From Podarcis pityusensis (taxonomy: Eukaryota), in NCBI GenBank assembly GCA_964106645.2, contig OZ067041.1: a stretch of DNA of 64,000 nt. One strand, 5' to 3'. The notes beneath the pieces were generated by a model. The model had not been told where the DNA came from. It worked only from the letters and a program-made list of their open reading frames with translations, and did no database searches. Position numbers and translations under genes: made by a program. Of the stretch, positions 1 through 14,683 are shown piece by piece; the first letter of the stretch is position 1, and the number at the start of each line of letters is the position of its first letter.

Positions 1-2799
1 GAAGTGTCCGAGGTCAAAAGGCTCCCAGGAATCTGTCCTATACTGAGTCAGACCATTGGTACATCTAGCCCAGTATTAACTACCCAGAGCAGCAGCAGCT
101 CTCCAAGGATTTAGACAGACGTCTTTTGCAGTCCAGCTAGAGATTATTTTATTCTTATTTCAGACAATTTATACACTGCTTTATTGTGTATATATAAATA
201 AAAAAGTCAAAGTGATTTACAAAGAAACTCTTGGTCATCAGATGCCAGGAACCTAGGACCTTTTGCATGGACTGCATGTGCTCTAACCACTGAGCCAAGC
301 TCCATCCCTTTCACTATGCTTTCACTTTGCCACTATGCTTGACACCAAAGGGATTAAGGTCATGCATAATCAGGATTCCTAAGAATGCCTTTATGTAAAT
401 CGTACCCATTCGTTTACAGTAGGGCTCTTTTCTATTAGCTGTTCACAAATTATGTGTCAATTCTACACACAAAATGACTGAGATGTTCTTCTTTCACTTT
501 GTCATTTTTGTCCCATATCAATTCAGTATGGTTCCTGAAATGCAGTCTGTCATGGCTTTGTACTGAGAGGTCACTTAGGTGTACAGATGGTCTGAGATAT
601 GAAGCATGGGAAAAGAGAGGTTAAAAAAAAAAAAGATAGCTACTGTGCTGGAGGCTAAAGCCATAAACTAAGTTATACTGAATGTTCTCAGTGACTTTGA
701 GATACATGATCTCAGGAAGCTCAGCCATGCTACAACTGCTCCAGGTTGTGGTGGCGGGGGGAGGTATATCTCATTTCATAGAGAAGACCAGATGATTGTT
801 GGGTTTGGGCACAGAGCTGTGCCAATATTTTACATTGTGTGAAAATTTCAGGGTGAAGCCTTTTATTCCTCAGAGATTCAAAATGTGAACATTATTTGCC
901 CCAGCTCAGTATTCACACCTAGTAATTAAATGTAGAGTGTATTAGTACTTATAAAACATCTCAGTAACTCTTAGCAAAACTGTAATGTCGATCAGCATTA
1001 TTCCCATTTTACTGATGAGGGATTGAGGCACAATATAATGGTTTTCCTGAGTCCACCTAGTAAGTTCATGGCTGAAGAGAAATTTAAACCAGAGACATGC
1101 CAGTAGTTCATAGCTGAGAAACTTTGCTACACTAGCTCTCGGAATGTACCATGTGCTTTGTACATCGAAACACAGCGCTATCATTTCTACTTACAGCAAG
1201 AAAATGGACTGGTGATTTGATCAAGGAATGTCAATCCTGCATCTGGAAAACTACTCCCTTCAAAAGTAACTGCCTCCACCTTCCGTTAGCTTTCACATGT
1301 GTCTTTCTGTATGACTCTCAGAAAATGGAGAAGCCATTTGGTAGCTGGCTACTACATTGTACAGCATTCTCCATCCAATAAGTTTTCCCCTACCCTCTCC
1401 CATTCAATGGTCTGCTTATTTACAAACACCTATTATTGTCAAAGGGTTATCTTACATGCAGGATATATTCATTCAGGCTACAATCCTATACCTCAGGAAT
1501 AGGGAATCTGTGACCAGATGAGTTGAACTGGGCTTATTTCCAAGTTACGAAATCACAAGTCCAAATCGTTTTCCTGCTAGCAAGCACAGTTCCCATTACA
1601 TATGTGTTTCCATTTGCTTTAGTTTCCTTTCCTATATTCAGGAATTCTGTGCAACAGTTTTCCATGTAAGTCTGTGCAGCCACAATGAACCCAACACTGT
1701 ACTTTCTCTCATGTAGGCAAGTAGGAATTGCCATGATCCTTATGTAACTTGCATTCATCACTATGTAGCCGGCAAGGCATAAACCAGTGCAAGTGAGCCC
1801 CAAGGAAACCTTACGCAAACTTAAGACTGGTCTGAGAGTGTATCAATATGCTATTTTTTTCTTCTTTTAGTGATGTGTGTATGCATTTTTTAAAATGTGC
1901 TTACTAAAAAAAGTTATAAGAATGTACAGTTTGGCAAATTGAATTGAGAACATTGCATGTGCCAAGTATACTAGCACACAGCAGTGTTGCTACGTAATTG
2001 ATAATGTAATCATGCTTTTAGGTGAAAAGCAACATTGTAAAACCCCAGTGGCTTAGAATGTTAAACACTTAGATGGGTGGAATCTGATCCGTCATATCAG
2101 GTCCATAATGAGACTAATCTGAAATTGATTTTATATCAACTTTGATTATTATCAAAGTTTTCTCCAGTGGAGTTATGGTGGAAATTATATCACAAATGCA
2201 CGAGTGACGCAAATGTAAAAAGATAGGCTTTTTAAAATAACTGTATTTGAATTCAATCTGTAAGCTGCTAGACGACATTGGTTAATATGCAGGACGTCAT
2301 TTGAGCTTGGCTCACATGCCCCCAGGCATGTTTTAGCTTGGCTGAGGGACAACAAAGGCATCGCAAGCATGTACAGAGCTTGAACACTACCCAGCAGCCA
2401 TAACCAGCCCCCATATAGCTCAGATTCGGAACCATTTTAAAATATTTAATTTATCCTATTTATCCTATTTATCAAGTTTATATTCCACCCTTCCTCTCAA
2501 AGAAGCCCAGGATGGCAAACAGCAAAGTTAAACCAATATGATTTTAAACTCATGCTTTAGTTGAGATTCCTACACTGCAGGAGGTTGAACTAGATGGCCC
2601 TGGGAGTTCCTTCCATCTCCACAATTGTGTGGCTCCATGAAAATAAAAAACAAAAAACATATTTTAAATGCTTCAAAACAATTTAAAAGCCATCTAATTT
2701 CTTTGTAATTCAAAGTATTGAAAAACATTTAAAAGTTTTCAGATCGGTGAGCCCAAGGCTCCAAGCTTTCCTCAGATGTGATACGATGCAAAGTAACAT

Positions 2800-3078
2800 C
2801 AGGGGTGTAGGAAGAGGGGTAGGGGGGGTGCAGGCCCCCTGGCTGTCATCCCTGAGGGGGTGACAAAATGGCACACCGTGGGGGGGGGGCAGCACTTACC
2901 ACAGGGCCTGGCCTGCAGCGCGACCGAGCCGCGCGTCTCTCCTGGGAGTGACACGGTGGCTCGGGCCCCCACTCTGCCCGAAATGGCAGCGTGGGGCTTG
3001 CATCCACCAGGCGGACTCTGTGGGCAGCCTGCCCCGCCCCCGCCACTCCAGGTGCTGGAGCAGCTAGCTATGCCCCTG
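2800..3078. mobile_element. hAT MITE
   Basis: TIR CAGGGGTGTAG/CTATGCCCCTG; 8-bp TSD AGTAACAT/AGTAGCAT. Confidence 0.8.
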
Positions 3079-4275
3079 AGTAGCATCCATTCGCTTTTGA
3101 ACCCTCAGTGTCAAGAAAAGCAGCATGCAGTGATACAGATACAGATATATGATTCACCATGACTTATTTGGAAAAGTAACTCTATTTCTACATTAGCATC
3201 AGCAGCTGATATTATCTTGTCTTGGGTTTAGTCCCATTAAACTCAATTGGATTTCCTTCTGAGTAGGTAAACACAGGATTACGCTATGAGTAATGTAAAA
3301 TGCCATCATGTACACAACACAAAAAACACAGCCCAGATGCCAGAAAGAGCAGTATCACTTCATAAAAAAACAAGAGTCTTATACCAGCACCCATTTTAAA
3401 GCATATTGTGAGACAAGATCAAATTCAATATTTGTTTCAAACAGAAGTGCTATTATACTCTTCCCACTTGATGCAATGTTTGGAGCCTGCACATTTGTGC
3501 CAAGCTATTAGGAAAAAAATATTAAACATGAGGGGTCTGTGACAGATAAGCTTGAAATCGTTTCTTTATGTATGACATTTGTATGCCACCCCATGACATA
3601 AAGTTTGAGAAGTAAACAAGAATTGAAATAATAAAGTAGAACTATTAAAAATAAATGAAAGCCTTACTAGAAAATATAACTCATCATGTCCACAAAATTA
3701 AGCATAGATTCAGTGGGACAGCGGGAGCAGAGAATCTTAAGAAAGCACATATTGGAAAAGGCAGATTTTCAGGTAGCCTGCTCCCAATCCATTTAGGGCT
3801 TTCAAAGGTAAAACTTTAAATTGAGCTTAGAAATGGACTACCATTTCTACAACCAAGGTGCGGCTTCCGATTGGTTGCAGGAGCTTCAACTGGAAGCCGC
3901 GTCAGACATTCAGCTTCCAAATAATGTTTGCAAACCAGAACACTCACTTCTGTTTGGGAGCCAAAACGGATGAGTACCAAGGCGTTCGACAACCAAGGTA
4001 TGTTCCTGGGACATTTTTAAAAGCAGCCTCATGTTCAGTGCAATACAATACCCAAAATGGGAAGTTAACAGAGTATGATGAGTAATCATAACCAATCCAG
4101 GTAACGTTTTGGAGGCTTCTTAAGTCTCTGGTGACAATGTTGGGTCAGACTGCAAATACAAGCCTGCAAACCACTTTATTAGGTGGACATCATTACCTGA
4201 CATCAGGTAAAGCATTTCCTTTTGCAGACCAGCATGAATTAAAAATCAGATTCGGTGCCAAATTCAAACCTTGTT

Positions 4276-5174
4276 TGTAGCAGGGATCAACTGCGCTTAG
4301 GAGCCCTGATTGGGAGCTCCTGAGTGGAGCCAATCTGAGTTGGCCTTGCATTTGGAGCCAGACTTGGAAATCGAGTCCTCCTCACAAAGGGCATGTGTTG
4401 TGGTGAGATCATCAGAACTGACCTCACTGTTTGTGTGGGTGGGAGCGATTGGATAGCCACAACAACCCAATTGGTGGTCCCTCGGTTGCTAGGCAGATCT
4501 GGCCAATGAGGAATTTTGTGTATTAACCAAGGGGAATTTTGTGTATTAACCAAGGGACCTGCACGTTGTGTCGAGCTTCTTGTGCATCGGATCACCCACC
4601 CACCCTCCCTATATTTAGGGTCTTTCTATGACCTTGCTATGCCATCATGGGTCATCTGCTGTTGGGCAGGGGCACTGTAGGAATTTTCCCATTTGGCTGA
4701 TTGGCTGGTGCAACTTGGGTTTCGCCTGCCGCGTAGCTAATCGTCAAAACTTTGTAAGGTTTGGTGGTTAGGCATTGGTTCAAGGTGGTCTGGAGGGGGG
4801 GGGTTGGAGCACCTGTCCCTTCCAATGCGCAAAGGTATTCCGTTAAAGGAATCCAGGGATTCACCATGCTTTTGTCAACCCCTTTGGGGGGGTAAGGCCA
4901 CGCAAGAGTCCCTGGGAGCATTTGGGGTGAGCTTGAGTCTGATCCTGGACCATTACTCCCCCACGACGTTTACCTGTACTGACGATATGATGTGGCCCAG
5001 TCATCAGTGCTGCCCTGCTGAGGTCAGAGGCAGCTAGTCGGGAACTAATGCCTAAACAAACCACTCACTATCTGTAATCAATAAAGTTGTGGCCAAAATT
5101 ATGCCAATAACCTAAAACTAAATTCTGTGTCAATTGTGTCTTTATTTATTGGGAAGCTCCTGGGGATCTTAACA
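4276..5174 (+). mobile_element. LTR-like or DIRS/Ngaro-like terminal repeat
   Basis: Several CCAAT boxes, TATA-like CCTATATTTA at ~4608, AATAAAGTTGTGGCC at ~5080, 23-bp tandem duplication at 4510-4555; no TSD found; boundaries approximate. Confidence 0.45.
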
Positions 5175-8100
5175 CGCAAGCCATACATTCCAAGCTATGT
5201 TTACAGAGGAACAATCTAGAGTACTCTTTAAGGCTTCCATTTGTTGCTTTATAGCAGCGTTTAGAACAGGCTGAACATAATGCTGGAGCAAAAGACAAAA
5301 AATAGGTATAAGTGCATTTTTCTTTAAAAAATGTTTAGGGGTAGTCTCTTTTTTCCTACTCATCTTGAAATATTGCCCCTCAATGAGGCCAAACTTAGAT
5401 TCACAAAATGTTTAGAGGTATGCGTCCCCCTAGAAAAAAGGCACTGGGTATAAAAGGAAAATTCCTAGATGCCAAAATCCATGTTTGGGGCAAGTACTCT
5501 TTGGTGAGAAAACCCCTGAAGAGATTTAAAATCACAAAATATGTAGCAAAATAACACAGGGAAATATAAAGTTGATAGATCTTTAAAATATGGTTTTTCT
5601 AAGTGAGTTCCAAAATATTCCAATCTTCCCCCAGCATAGGAAAAGACCACACATTTTGTAAGTTAAAAATGGTTTACTTACAAACTCTCCAAAGGTCAGG
5701 TTCATGTGCTTTTCCATACATCGGTCAGAAAGGTTGCACAAGCGGTAAAACTTAGTTTAGTTCTAAAGTGGTGAAAGACCCTAAGTTATAGGGACACAAA
5801 AATGGCTTGTGCTGAGTTCATCAGGTAGACTGGAGGGGAATAAAGGCTAGTTCCTCCCAAGGTGAGAGGAACTAGATATAGCTAAGCCCAGCAGAATAGC
5901 TTACTCTATGATATTAACCCCTTCATCCATTAAGTAGACTTAAGCATGTTGGTTATATGAGGCTGGTTATCCCACAAATAATTCACCTGGGTGCATGAAA
6001 AGCATGCTCATCTTGTTAAGTCTTCATTTGTTCTCCCTCATAGCTGATTTTGTAGCGGCCAGATTGTTGTTAGGATACTGTGTGAGTGTGTTGTCCTGTC
6101 TTTAACATTTCTTTTTGTGGCTAATGCCATGCAGGGCAATAGCTCTGAGCATACAATAGCTCACAATGCTGCACCTTGCAATAACAGCTCTTGCTATTAC
6201 AATACACCAACCCACGCACTGTGAGTGGCATAGTGATAGTACAGCAGTCCTTACACTCCTTCCTGAACACCTATTTGCTGGCATGGCAACTCACCTGAGA
6301 GTGAGAGATATTTGTTTGGTTCTGTTTTACAATTACTAAGCTTTTTTGTGGATAAGACAGCTTTCTTTCTCAGAAGATCATCAATTTTCAAATTATAAGG
6401 TAACACGTGTAGAGTTATTAAGCAGTCACAAGCAGCGTCTGCAACCAAGGCTAGAGGATGAGCAGCCCCCTAGCATAATACGTAACTTTGGAAATATCTA
6501 ATGTTGTATTTAGTTTCTTCACTTAGATGCCATTCCAATAGATGATGCTTCCATTTCTTAAGTATTGCAGTTGCTTTGTGAATCATGAAAACCAGGCAAC
6601 ATTATAATTGACAAGGAACCCAGAGAGATTCACTGTTATCTGAGAGACTGACTACTGTATACAGAATTTAAATGCAGCATTTTAATTCAATCTACTCTAT
6701 TGGCCTCCTAGTTACATAACAAGGAAATGAATTCAGCATTGTAAGAGATATTCAGTGAATTGCAAGGGAAGGGAAGAACCACTAACTAAATAGAAGAAAA
6801 AATATGTAAGATCACATTTTCAATTGCTTTTACAAACCTATTTCAAGACAAAGATAAAAAAGAAATTCAATATGAATTTTCAAAAAGCCTCTTTTATTCT
6901 CTTATTAGATATACTAGAAAGTGATTAGCATCTCTATATTTTTCCCCTTAAAGCCGAAAGAGAACTATAAAGTTGCAGGTCATATCCTTTGTAAAGCCTC
7001 AAGTGATTTCTTCCACTTTCCTTTCCCTATTACAGACATTGTTAGAGAAAGTCTAATTCTAGAAAATCACTCACAAAAGTAAAAAATCAATGTCAGGTGG
7101 AACTTTAGGGAATAGACTGCAGAGAATCTCAGGCACCAGAATGGTTTGTATGTGACTGACAGATGAAACAGAAGAAATCAATAGGATGCTTTGAACAAGG
7201 TACCACAGGAAGCAATGAATGCATATTTCAAACTGTGTAATAGTTTATGCATGGCAAACAGTACCAAGGCAACTATCCAATTACTATCAAGGAATGCTCC
7301 ATTCAAGAACACACTGATGACTTTGATAGAATGAAAGAAGCCTTGATGTTTGAGAGTTGTCCTGGTAGCAGCACCTTTGCTAGCTGAGCAAAGTTAAAAG
7401 ATTTTTGACAAAATAGGCCCTCTTTCAACAACAGAATTTGAATTAAGATGACCATACTTCTTGTGTATGCATCAGAACAACTCTGGTGCAGTCTGCATGG
7501 GTATGGTGCATATTAAGAACATCTTAAACTAATATAGAACATGACAAATCAATTCATACAAGTCTAGTTTTATTTTGGAATCTTAAGGGGTCACCTATCT
7601 GTTTTTTTAAAAATAGTTTTTTAATTTGACGAAGAAAAAACAAAAATACAGGGAAGGAAGGGAAGGCAGGGGAACTCATCAGCTCACTTGCAAAAGATGA
7701 AACTCTATATTTTCTCAGACAGACTGGAAGCAGAATCTAGACTGTAATTCTAACCCCACTTACCCAGGAGTAAGCCCCATTTAATTCAATAGGACTTACT
7801 TCTGAGTGTACATGGTTAAGCTTCTTCTGAATGTCTGAAATACCATGATAGGTTCTTGGATGCATAAAATCCCTACCAGATTTCCTTGCACATAGGCATA
7901 TACATTTAAGTCATTTCCCTGCACTTACCCTTGTCACCCTCTGTCGTTCGTTCCTAACTATGCAACAACATGATTCTGTAACAAAAAGAATAAATGGCAT
8001 TTCAGTGCTAACTGAAAGTAGACTGTCAGATAGGAAAAAATGGTTGTGCTCCTTAAAGCTCATTTCAAGATGGGAGAGGGTTCAAAGGAGAGCTGTAGAG

Positions 8101-8299
8101 ATGACAAGTAGTGAATTGAGGACTAGATGAAGTAAAAAGGAGGAATGCAGTGAGCAGCTGTGTAAAGTCTTAGAAACATCAAAATGAGTATCACTCCATT
8201 CCTTACTGTGCCTACCTAAACGTAAGCTCTGTTGTGAGTAGACGCAATCTGAGTAACTGCAAAAAAGCCAGGATGTGGTCTTTAGTTTGGATTCTACAG

Positions 8300-8830
8300 G
8301 AAGCACTTCACTAGTAAGAACATTGCATGCCCAGCCACAGAGTCCCTCACCCGGTGCGCCTGACTATAAAGGGGGTAAATAAATGGACAAGCATCTGGGA
8401 TTTAAAATGGCCACAACTATATAGGAAGCCTTGGCATAGGCCTTGAGCGTATATCCCTCTCAGCCACATGCTGGGGAATTGAAGCATGACAGGGTCAATT
8501 CAGGGGTGGGTCCACTGAAAAAAGCAGGTTTATGCAGATGTCCCCCAAATACTGAGGGAAGCTGTATGGCCCGCTAGCCCTCTGCAACTGGCACTTTGGA
8601 CAGAGACTTCCCTCCAGACCCCTCTAACGGGGTACCCTGTTATCGCCGCCGCAGAGAACAGGGGGTGGGCAAGTCACCACTTCACCACACCCCAGTTGAA
8701 TGAAAGACTGTAGGATTCCGTCCAAGGCCTAAACCATCAAAGTTGTGACTATTGCTATGGGGAAGGCAAAACCTGCAGTGCAGGGAAAATTCCTTCCTGG
8801 CACCAAATATGGCGACCATCAATAGACCAC
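8300..8830 (-). mobile_element. Diverged relative of the 4276-5174 element
   Basis: Minus strand shares GGAATTTTCCC..GGTTT.GCCT.CC and AGTTGTGGCC blocks. Confidence 0.35.
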
Positions 8831-10954
8831 AGCAAAGCCCTCTTAGCTGAAAAGGAAATGGTTAAAGCAGTGAGGGAAGCACCACATTGGGCCTCAACCA
8901 CCACTCATTCACCGGGGAGAGATGGTAAGCGGCCATTGTTGGGAAGTGGATCAAAATAGAAAGGGAGGCATACTGAACAGGTGGAGGGGATATATGATGT
9001 GGCCACTGAGTACTGGTTACGTGAGCCTAACAGAAGGGTATATGTTGTCAATTCAGCCAGGTTTTCTTTGAGGGCGGGTCTGACCAACTTCCACTTTCAT
9101 TCCCCAAGCAAATCCCCATTCACTGCCACTGAGATGTTTTCCTTTTGTACAAAGCAGGTGTCACCTCATTCCCTTAATTGATCATCTATGTCAGTCAACC
9201 AGCTGGCACTTAATTACAGATGGTTAGCCATCTGTAAGTCATACTTTCTTAATGCATCAATCTGAATACACCGTCCAGTTTGAGGAGAAATTAGTCGAAT
9301 ATACTGTGTGTCATGAAAGGCATAAGGGGAACGCCCTTCCAAGCAATTTTTGGATGGACAGTTTTTAGGATCCAGATGAAACTACTTTTATTTTGTTTGT
9401 TTATATAAATATTTATAGGTTGCCTTTTAGGGCATGATGCTCACAAGAGGACATACATAAAATAATAAATCACTATGTAAACAACAATTTTAAAAACAAT
9501 CCCCAACCATTTCAGAAAAGCAGCATAAAGCTGATATAGAGGCAAGAAATGTTTTATAAAGACAGATGCATAAAACCAATGTTTTTTTAAAAATAACTTT
9601 AGAAGGTTAAAATTTTAAAATATGCTTATAATTAAAAAAAACTGTTCGTATTTTCAGTACCCTAACACTTACTACATTGTTGTATTTATTTCTAGACTTA
9701 TTTTCAATTATTCAGTCTTCAAGGAAGCTAATATCAAATTTTTTAAATACAATTTGACAAATTAAAAATACACTTAAACCAAACATAACTAAAATATGTA
9801 AAAGAGAATATTAGGTTTTATATATCTTTCACACACAAAAAACCCATACACACTTAAATACTTTATTTAACAAAATATATATTCCACTTGATTGTAACAA
9901 AACCTCTAAGCAGTTTGCAAGGAATATTAAAATTATCAATAAAAACAGTTAAAACAAGTAATTAAAACATTTTAAAGAAATTAAAGTCAGTGGTAAACTA
10001 GAAAGAGATTAAAACATGTCTATGTGCCTGCATAAGCTTGCCTAGACAAAAATGTTTTAAACAAAAATAAAGAATATAGCAAAGTTGCTTGCCTGGTGTC
10101 AATAGGCAGGGAGTTCCAAAGTCTTAAGTGCTGCCACACTAAAAGAATAATTTCTTACTAGTATGGAATGAGTAAAGTGTGGCGCCAGTAATAGGGCCAG
10201 TTCTGCAGAGTGAAATGGTTGAGTGGACAAATATAGGATAAGGTGATCCTTCAAGTCACATTAGCCAATCACATGGCAGTTTTTAATGGAGTTGGGGGGG
10301 GGGACCGTATTTTCAGGCTGCTCCCAATATTCTGTTGGGCTGGGTGTCTCTCTTGCTGTCAGAATTAGGAACATTGCCATGACAACAAAGAACCACCTCT
10401 CAAAGGCTGCCACTGTGCTTTGCTCTTTCTTCTTCATAGCTTGATAAGCATCTCAGTAACTGTATGTGAAAACAAAGAGATAAACATGCTTCCTTTGTGA
10501 CATTCCAATCAGAATTAATAAAAAATCAAGCCAACCACATTTTACAGAACCTATTAAATAAAAATTTGACTTAATTAAACTTGGGCGGTGTGGATGAGTT
10601 GAGCTTTAGAGACTGGGTCATACTGATTCATACATCTTTCTTCCCAAGATCTAGTTTCTTTTCCCCTCAAATATTACTGTTGACACGAAAACTTGAAATT
10701 TGGAGACTGACAAGATTTACTTAGGAATCCCAAAGCATTCAGTTGTCAAAAACTATCAGAGCCACTACAGTGGCTAACACTCATAGTCAAATGTGATCAG
10801 CAAGCACTATTAATTTTGTGAGTCCTCAGAAAGTGAGGAAATAAAAGATGGGGGCAGCAAACTTTTGAAAGCACAACCTGCATTTACTGGCTCCTTTCTT
10901 TCGTCTTTCAGATGAAGCAGATTCCCCATAGTCGTGCTCCAGGAATGACACTAT

Positions 10955-11272
10955 GACCATATTCACACCATATGCTTAAAGCACTTTGATTCCTTTTTAA
11001 ACAGTCATGGCTTCCCCCAAAGAATTCTGAGAACTGTGGTTTGTTAAGGGTGCTGAAATTTGTTAGGAGACTCCTATTCCTTTCACAGAGCTACAATTCC
11101 CTGTGAAGAGGGATTGATTGTTAAACCATGCTGGGAACTGTAACTGGGAGAATAGGTGTCTCCTGACAGTTCTCAGGACCCTTAACAAATCACAATTCCC
11201 ATAATTCTTTTGGGAAGCCCATGACTGTTTAAAGTGGTATCATAGTGTTTTAAATGTATTGTGTGGCTGTGA
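10955..11272. mobile_element. Palindromic non-autonomous element (relatives at ~31075-31320, ~45680-45878, ~49970-50210)
   Basis: Arms TTAAACAGTCATGG..TTTGTTAAGGG / CCCTTAACAAA..CCATGACTGTTTAA; recurs four times in the window. Confidence 0.7.
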
Positions 11273-12574
11273 CCTATATAATGAGATTTATTCATGCATT
11301 TCTTGAATATATGCTGCAAATAAAATGTGTAGTGGGAGCTGATGGGTGGGTGCCATGTATTTTAAATGTTAAGCAGTCTAGTAAAAACTACTATATAGTT
11401 TTGACAATTGTTTGTTTGCTTGCTTGCTATGCATTTGGGTACCTCTCAAGAGATGTCCAAATTTTGCATGATATTTCCTGAGATCAAAGTGCAGGTGTGA
11501 CATTTTGAAACAGGATAACAGACTAAACCTTTCAAAACTGTGCTAATTTTAACCATATTTTGCATGATGATTCATGACATCAATTTTTGGTCTATGTTTA
11601 GATTTTCATCACAGATTTCAAACCTGCACTGATTGTTTTGGTCCTTAAAATTCCCAAGCATTGCAACTACAAGGCACCTAGTTTTAAATAAATAAATAAA
11701 AATACAATTTGCTACTTGTGCATTTAGGCAGATTGTATTTAACCTCTCAATGTCCACTACCAGGCTGTGTATCTGACTGACAACTTTTACACCTAGCCCC
11801 ACGCACCTGTGTAAAGAAATGTCCCTATATTTATCCATGAAATGTTAGAGGGTATGTGATCACTACAGAGTAACCAAGGAAGTACAGACCAGTCTCAGTC
11901 AGGAAAGCAGTCATTCTCTCAAGCTTCTTTGCTGTATCCTTCACATCACAATTAAGGTCACTTTCTTCTTGACCATAAAACGGACACTTCTCTGTTGCAA
12001 TTAGTTAATGGGCACTTTTCTTTCTGCTGCTGTTCCCTCATTCTACTTCTTCATCCTTGACCCTTGTGCATCTCTGAAGTGCTGCAATTAGATTAGACAG
12101 ACCCACATGACTCTGAGCTAAACAAAAAGTCTGCAGTGTAGTTTTGACATTTGATGCATACGTTAATTTTATTTCTCATGTAAAAAAGAAATCTGGGGTC
12201 TAATGAGATTGGATGGCCTTGTGTATGAAAGAAATATGCAACCAGCAACAATACTGTGTATGAAAAACACACCACTATATTATCCTATCCAACAGTCACA
12301 TGTATAAGTTGAACAAAGAGGAAATCTCATTACAATTCACTAATGACTGGTATAACATAGTGGTTAAGCACTTGACTCATCCGTTGGAAGGTCTTGGATC
12401 AAATCTCAGTTTTATTTTGTTCTGTAGTGCTTCCACGTCCTTGTTTTCCAGAGTGGCTATAGCACAACAAAGAAGGGCAAAAATAAACTGGAACATTTGT
12501 GGTTTAAAAGTTTATAGGATTTCAGTGGGCAGATATGCACTGATTGGAAGCTAAGCAGTGTGACCAGCCCAAAA

Positions 12575-12880
12575 CTTCATGCAGTGCATAGTTAAACTAT
12601 GGAACTTGCTCGCACAATGATGGTCATCAATTTCAATGGCTTTAAAAGAGAATTAGACAAATTCATGGAGGACATGGCTATCTATGGCTAGTAGCCATGA
12701 TGGAGATGCTCTGCCTTCATGGTCAGACACAGAAATGCTTCTGAAAATGCTTCTTGTGGTTGCTGGAAATCACAAGAAGGGAAAATGCTCTTGTGTTTCA
12801 GTCCTGCTTTGCATCTGATTGGTCCAGGATGCTGGACTAGATGGGCCATCAGCCTGATCCAGCAGGTCTCCCTTACATTA
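12575..12880 (+). mobile_element. CR1 LINE 3' fragment
   Basis: GTTAAACTATGGAAC..GGCTTTAAAAGAGAATTAGACAAATTCATGGAGG..GCTGGACTAGATGGGCC, a typical CR1 ORF2 end and 3' UTR. Confidence 0.65.
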
Positions 12881-14442
12881 TTCTGGTCTTATCTTTGCTG
12901 GTGCAAACAGCATGATCATCCCAATAGCATAATGAGCACAAATAATCACGAATGTGCAATAAAAAAGACATCTGGAGCGGTCCCAACTATGGGTGTAGTC
13001 CCCCCAATCAAGTAAATAAATGGAAATACTTAACTAACTGACCAATTACATCACAGATAACTCGGTTCTTTCCCCCACAACATAAAGCCTGCTCCCCCTA
13101 GAATAAATCCTTGCTATGTCCATGGTCCCAACCTATTTTTGTAATAAAGCCACACTTTCTGTCCTTACTGTTTCATAACTAAGGAGGGACTGGAGCTCAG
13201 TGAGAGAGAGAGTGCATGCTTTTAGTGCAGAAGGTCCAACGTTCAGTTCTTGGCATCTTCACTTCTTATTTTTTAAGTATCTGGTAGCAGATGATGAAAA
13301 GACTTCTGCCGGAGACCCTGGAGAGCTGCTGCCTATCAGAGTGGATCACAACAGGTGAATTACTAGTATAAAGCAGCTTCCTGTGATTAATGTGTGGGAT
13401 GAAACATAAATTTGCTTAGGAGAACTATAATCCAGTGCACAGAATTGTATGTGATGGAACTGATGACAGACATCAGTGAGTGTGGTGTTCCATGATGGAT
13501 GGACTAATGGCGCAGTTTCTCCATGTGGTGCATGCTATGTTTGCAATTTTCTGCTACCTTTGGTGTGACATGGCATGTCTGAGCTGATTACCTTAAAGAA
13601 GAATGGTTGGCAGCTGGCTCTCATGGATGATACCCAAGAGAGAGAAGATATTATTTACATCCTGGCCACAGTATATCCTTGTCATCTGTCATGGAAGTGC
13701 TAGACCATAGAATGGATCATGCCCTGGGAAGCTTAACTCCCACCTGAATGCTTTGTTTTCTTCCAAAGCTATTTCAGGAATTTGAGAAGAGAAAGAGGTT
13801 ATTGTTCAGGGTGGAAGGAAGACAGAATAGGATAATGATGACAATTGTTTTTTTTTAAGGAAAACATTCACTTTTCACATGGTAAAGATAGCAGGAAAAT
13901 TGAAAGATGAGTTTTTCTGCTAAATCAGGAGTGGTAAACTTCCACACTGGACGTGAACTAGAGCCAGGTTTCATCTGGCCTTCTGGGGGCCCTCCCAACC
14001 ATCAGCTGTTCAGTGGGACATATGCAGTTGCAGATCCTTCCTCTGCAAAAAAAAAGAAAAGCTGTGCTAGGTGATAAAAGACAAGGGTGTTGGGAAATAT
14101 TTTAAGTGAATTTTTGTTCCTTGCAAATATATAAAAAGTAGTCGGTGCATTTTGCAATTGTATGCATGCAATTTTTGGTATGCAGTTGCCTTTTGAAATT
14201 TGAGGCTTTTAAATAGCTATAAGGTGGGTCTGCAGTTCAACTGTGCATTGACCTTATTTGTTTTCTTCTGCTGGAATTATTGTTATTATTATTATTTCAA
14301 TTTATATACTGCCCTTCATCAAAAGATCTCAGGGCAGTGCACAACATTAGAAACACATTACTAAACATCAGTGATGAAAACAAAATAAAAACATAGTAAA
14401 AGGTATACTGACAGACAGCCGAATTGTAAAATAATCATAATA

Positions 14443-14683
14443 CAGTGGTACCTCGGGTTAAGAACTTAATTCGTTCCGGAGGTCCGTTCTTAACCTGAAA
14501 CTGTTCTTAACCTGAAGCACCACTTTAGCTAATGGGGCCTCCTGCTGCCGCCACGCCACCGAGGACGATTTCTGTTCTCATCCTGAAGCAAAATTCTTAA
14601 CCCGAGGTACTATTTCTGGGTTAGCAGAGTCTGTAAACCGAAGCGTATGTAACCTGATACGTATGTAACCCGAGGTACCACTG
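14443..14683 (+). mobile_element. Tc1/mariner (pogo/Tigger-like) MITE, family A
   Basis: TIR CAGTGGTACCTCGGGTTA..TAACCCGAGGTACCACTG, TA on both sides. Confidence 0.9.
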
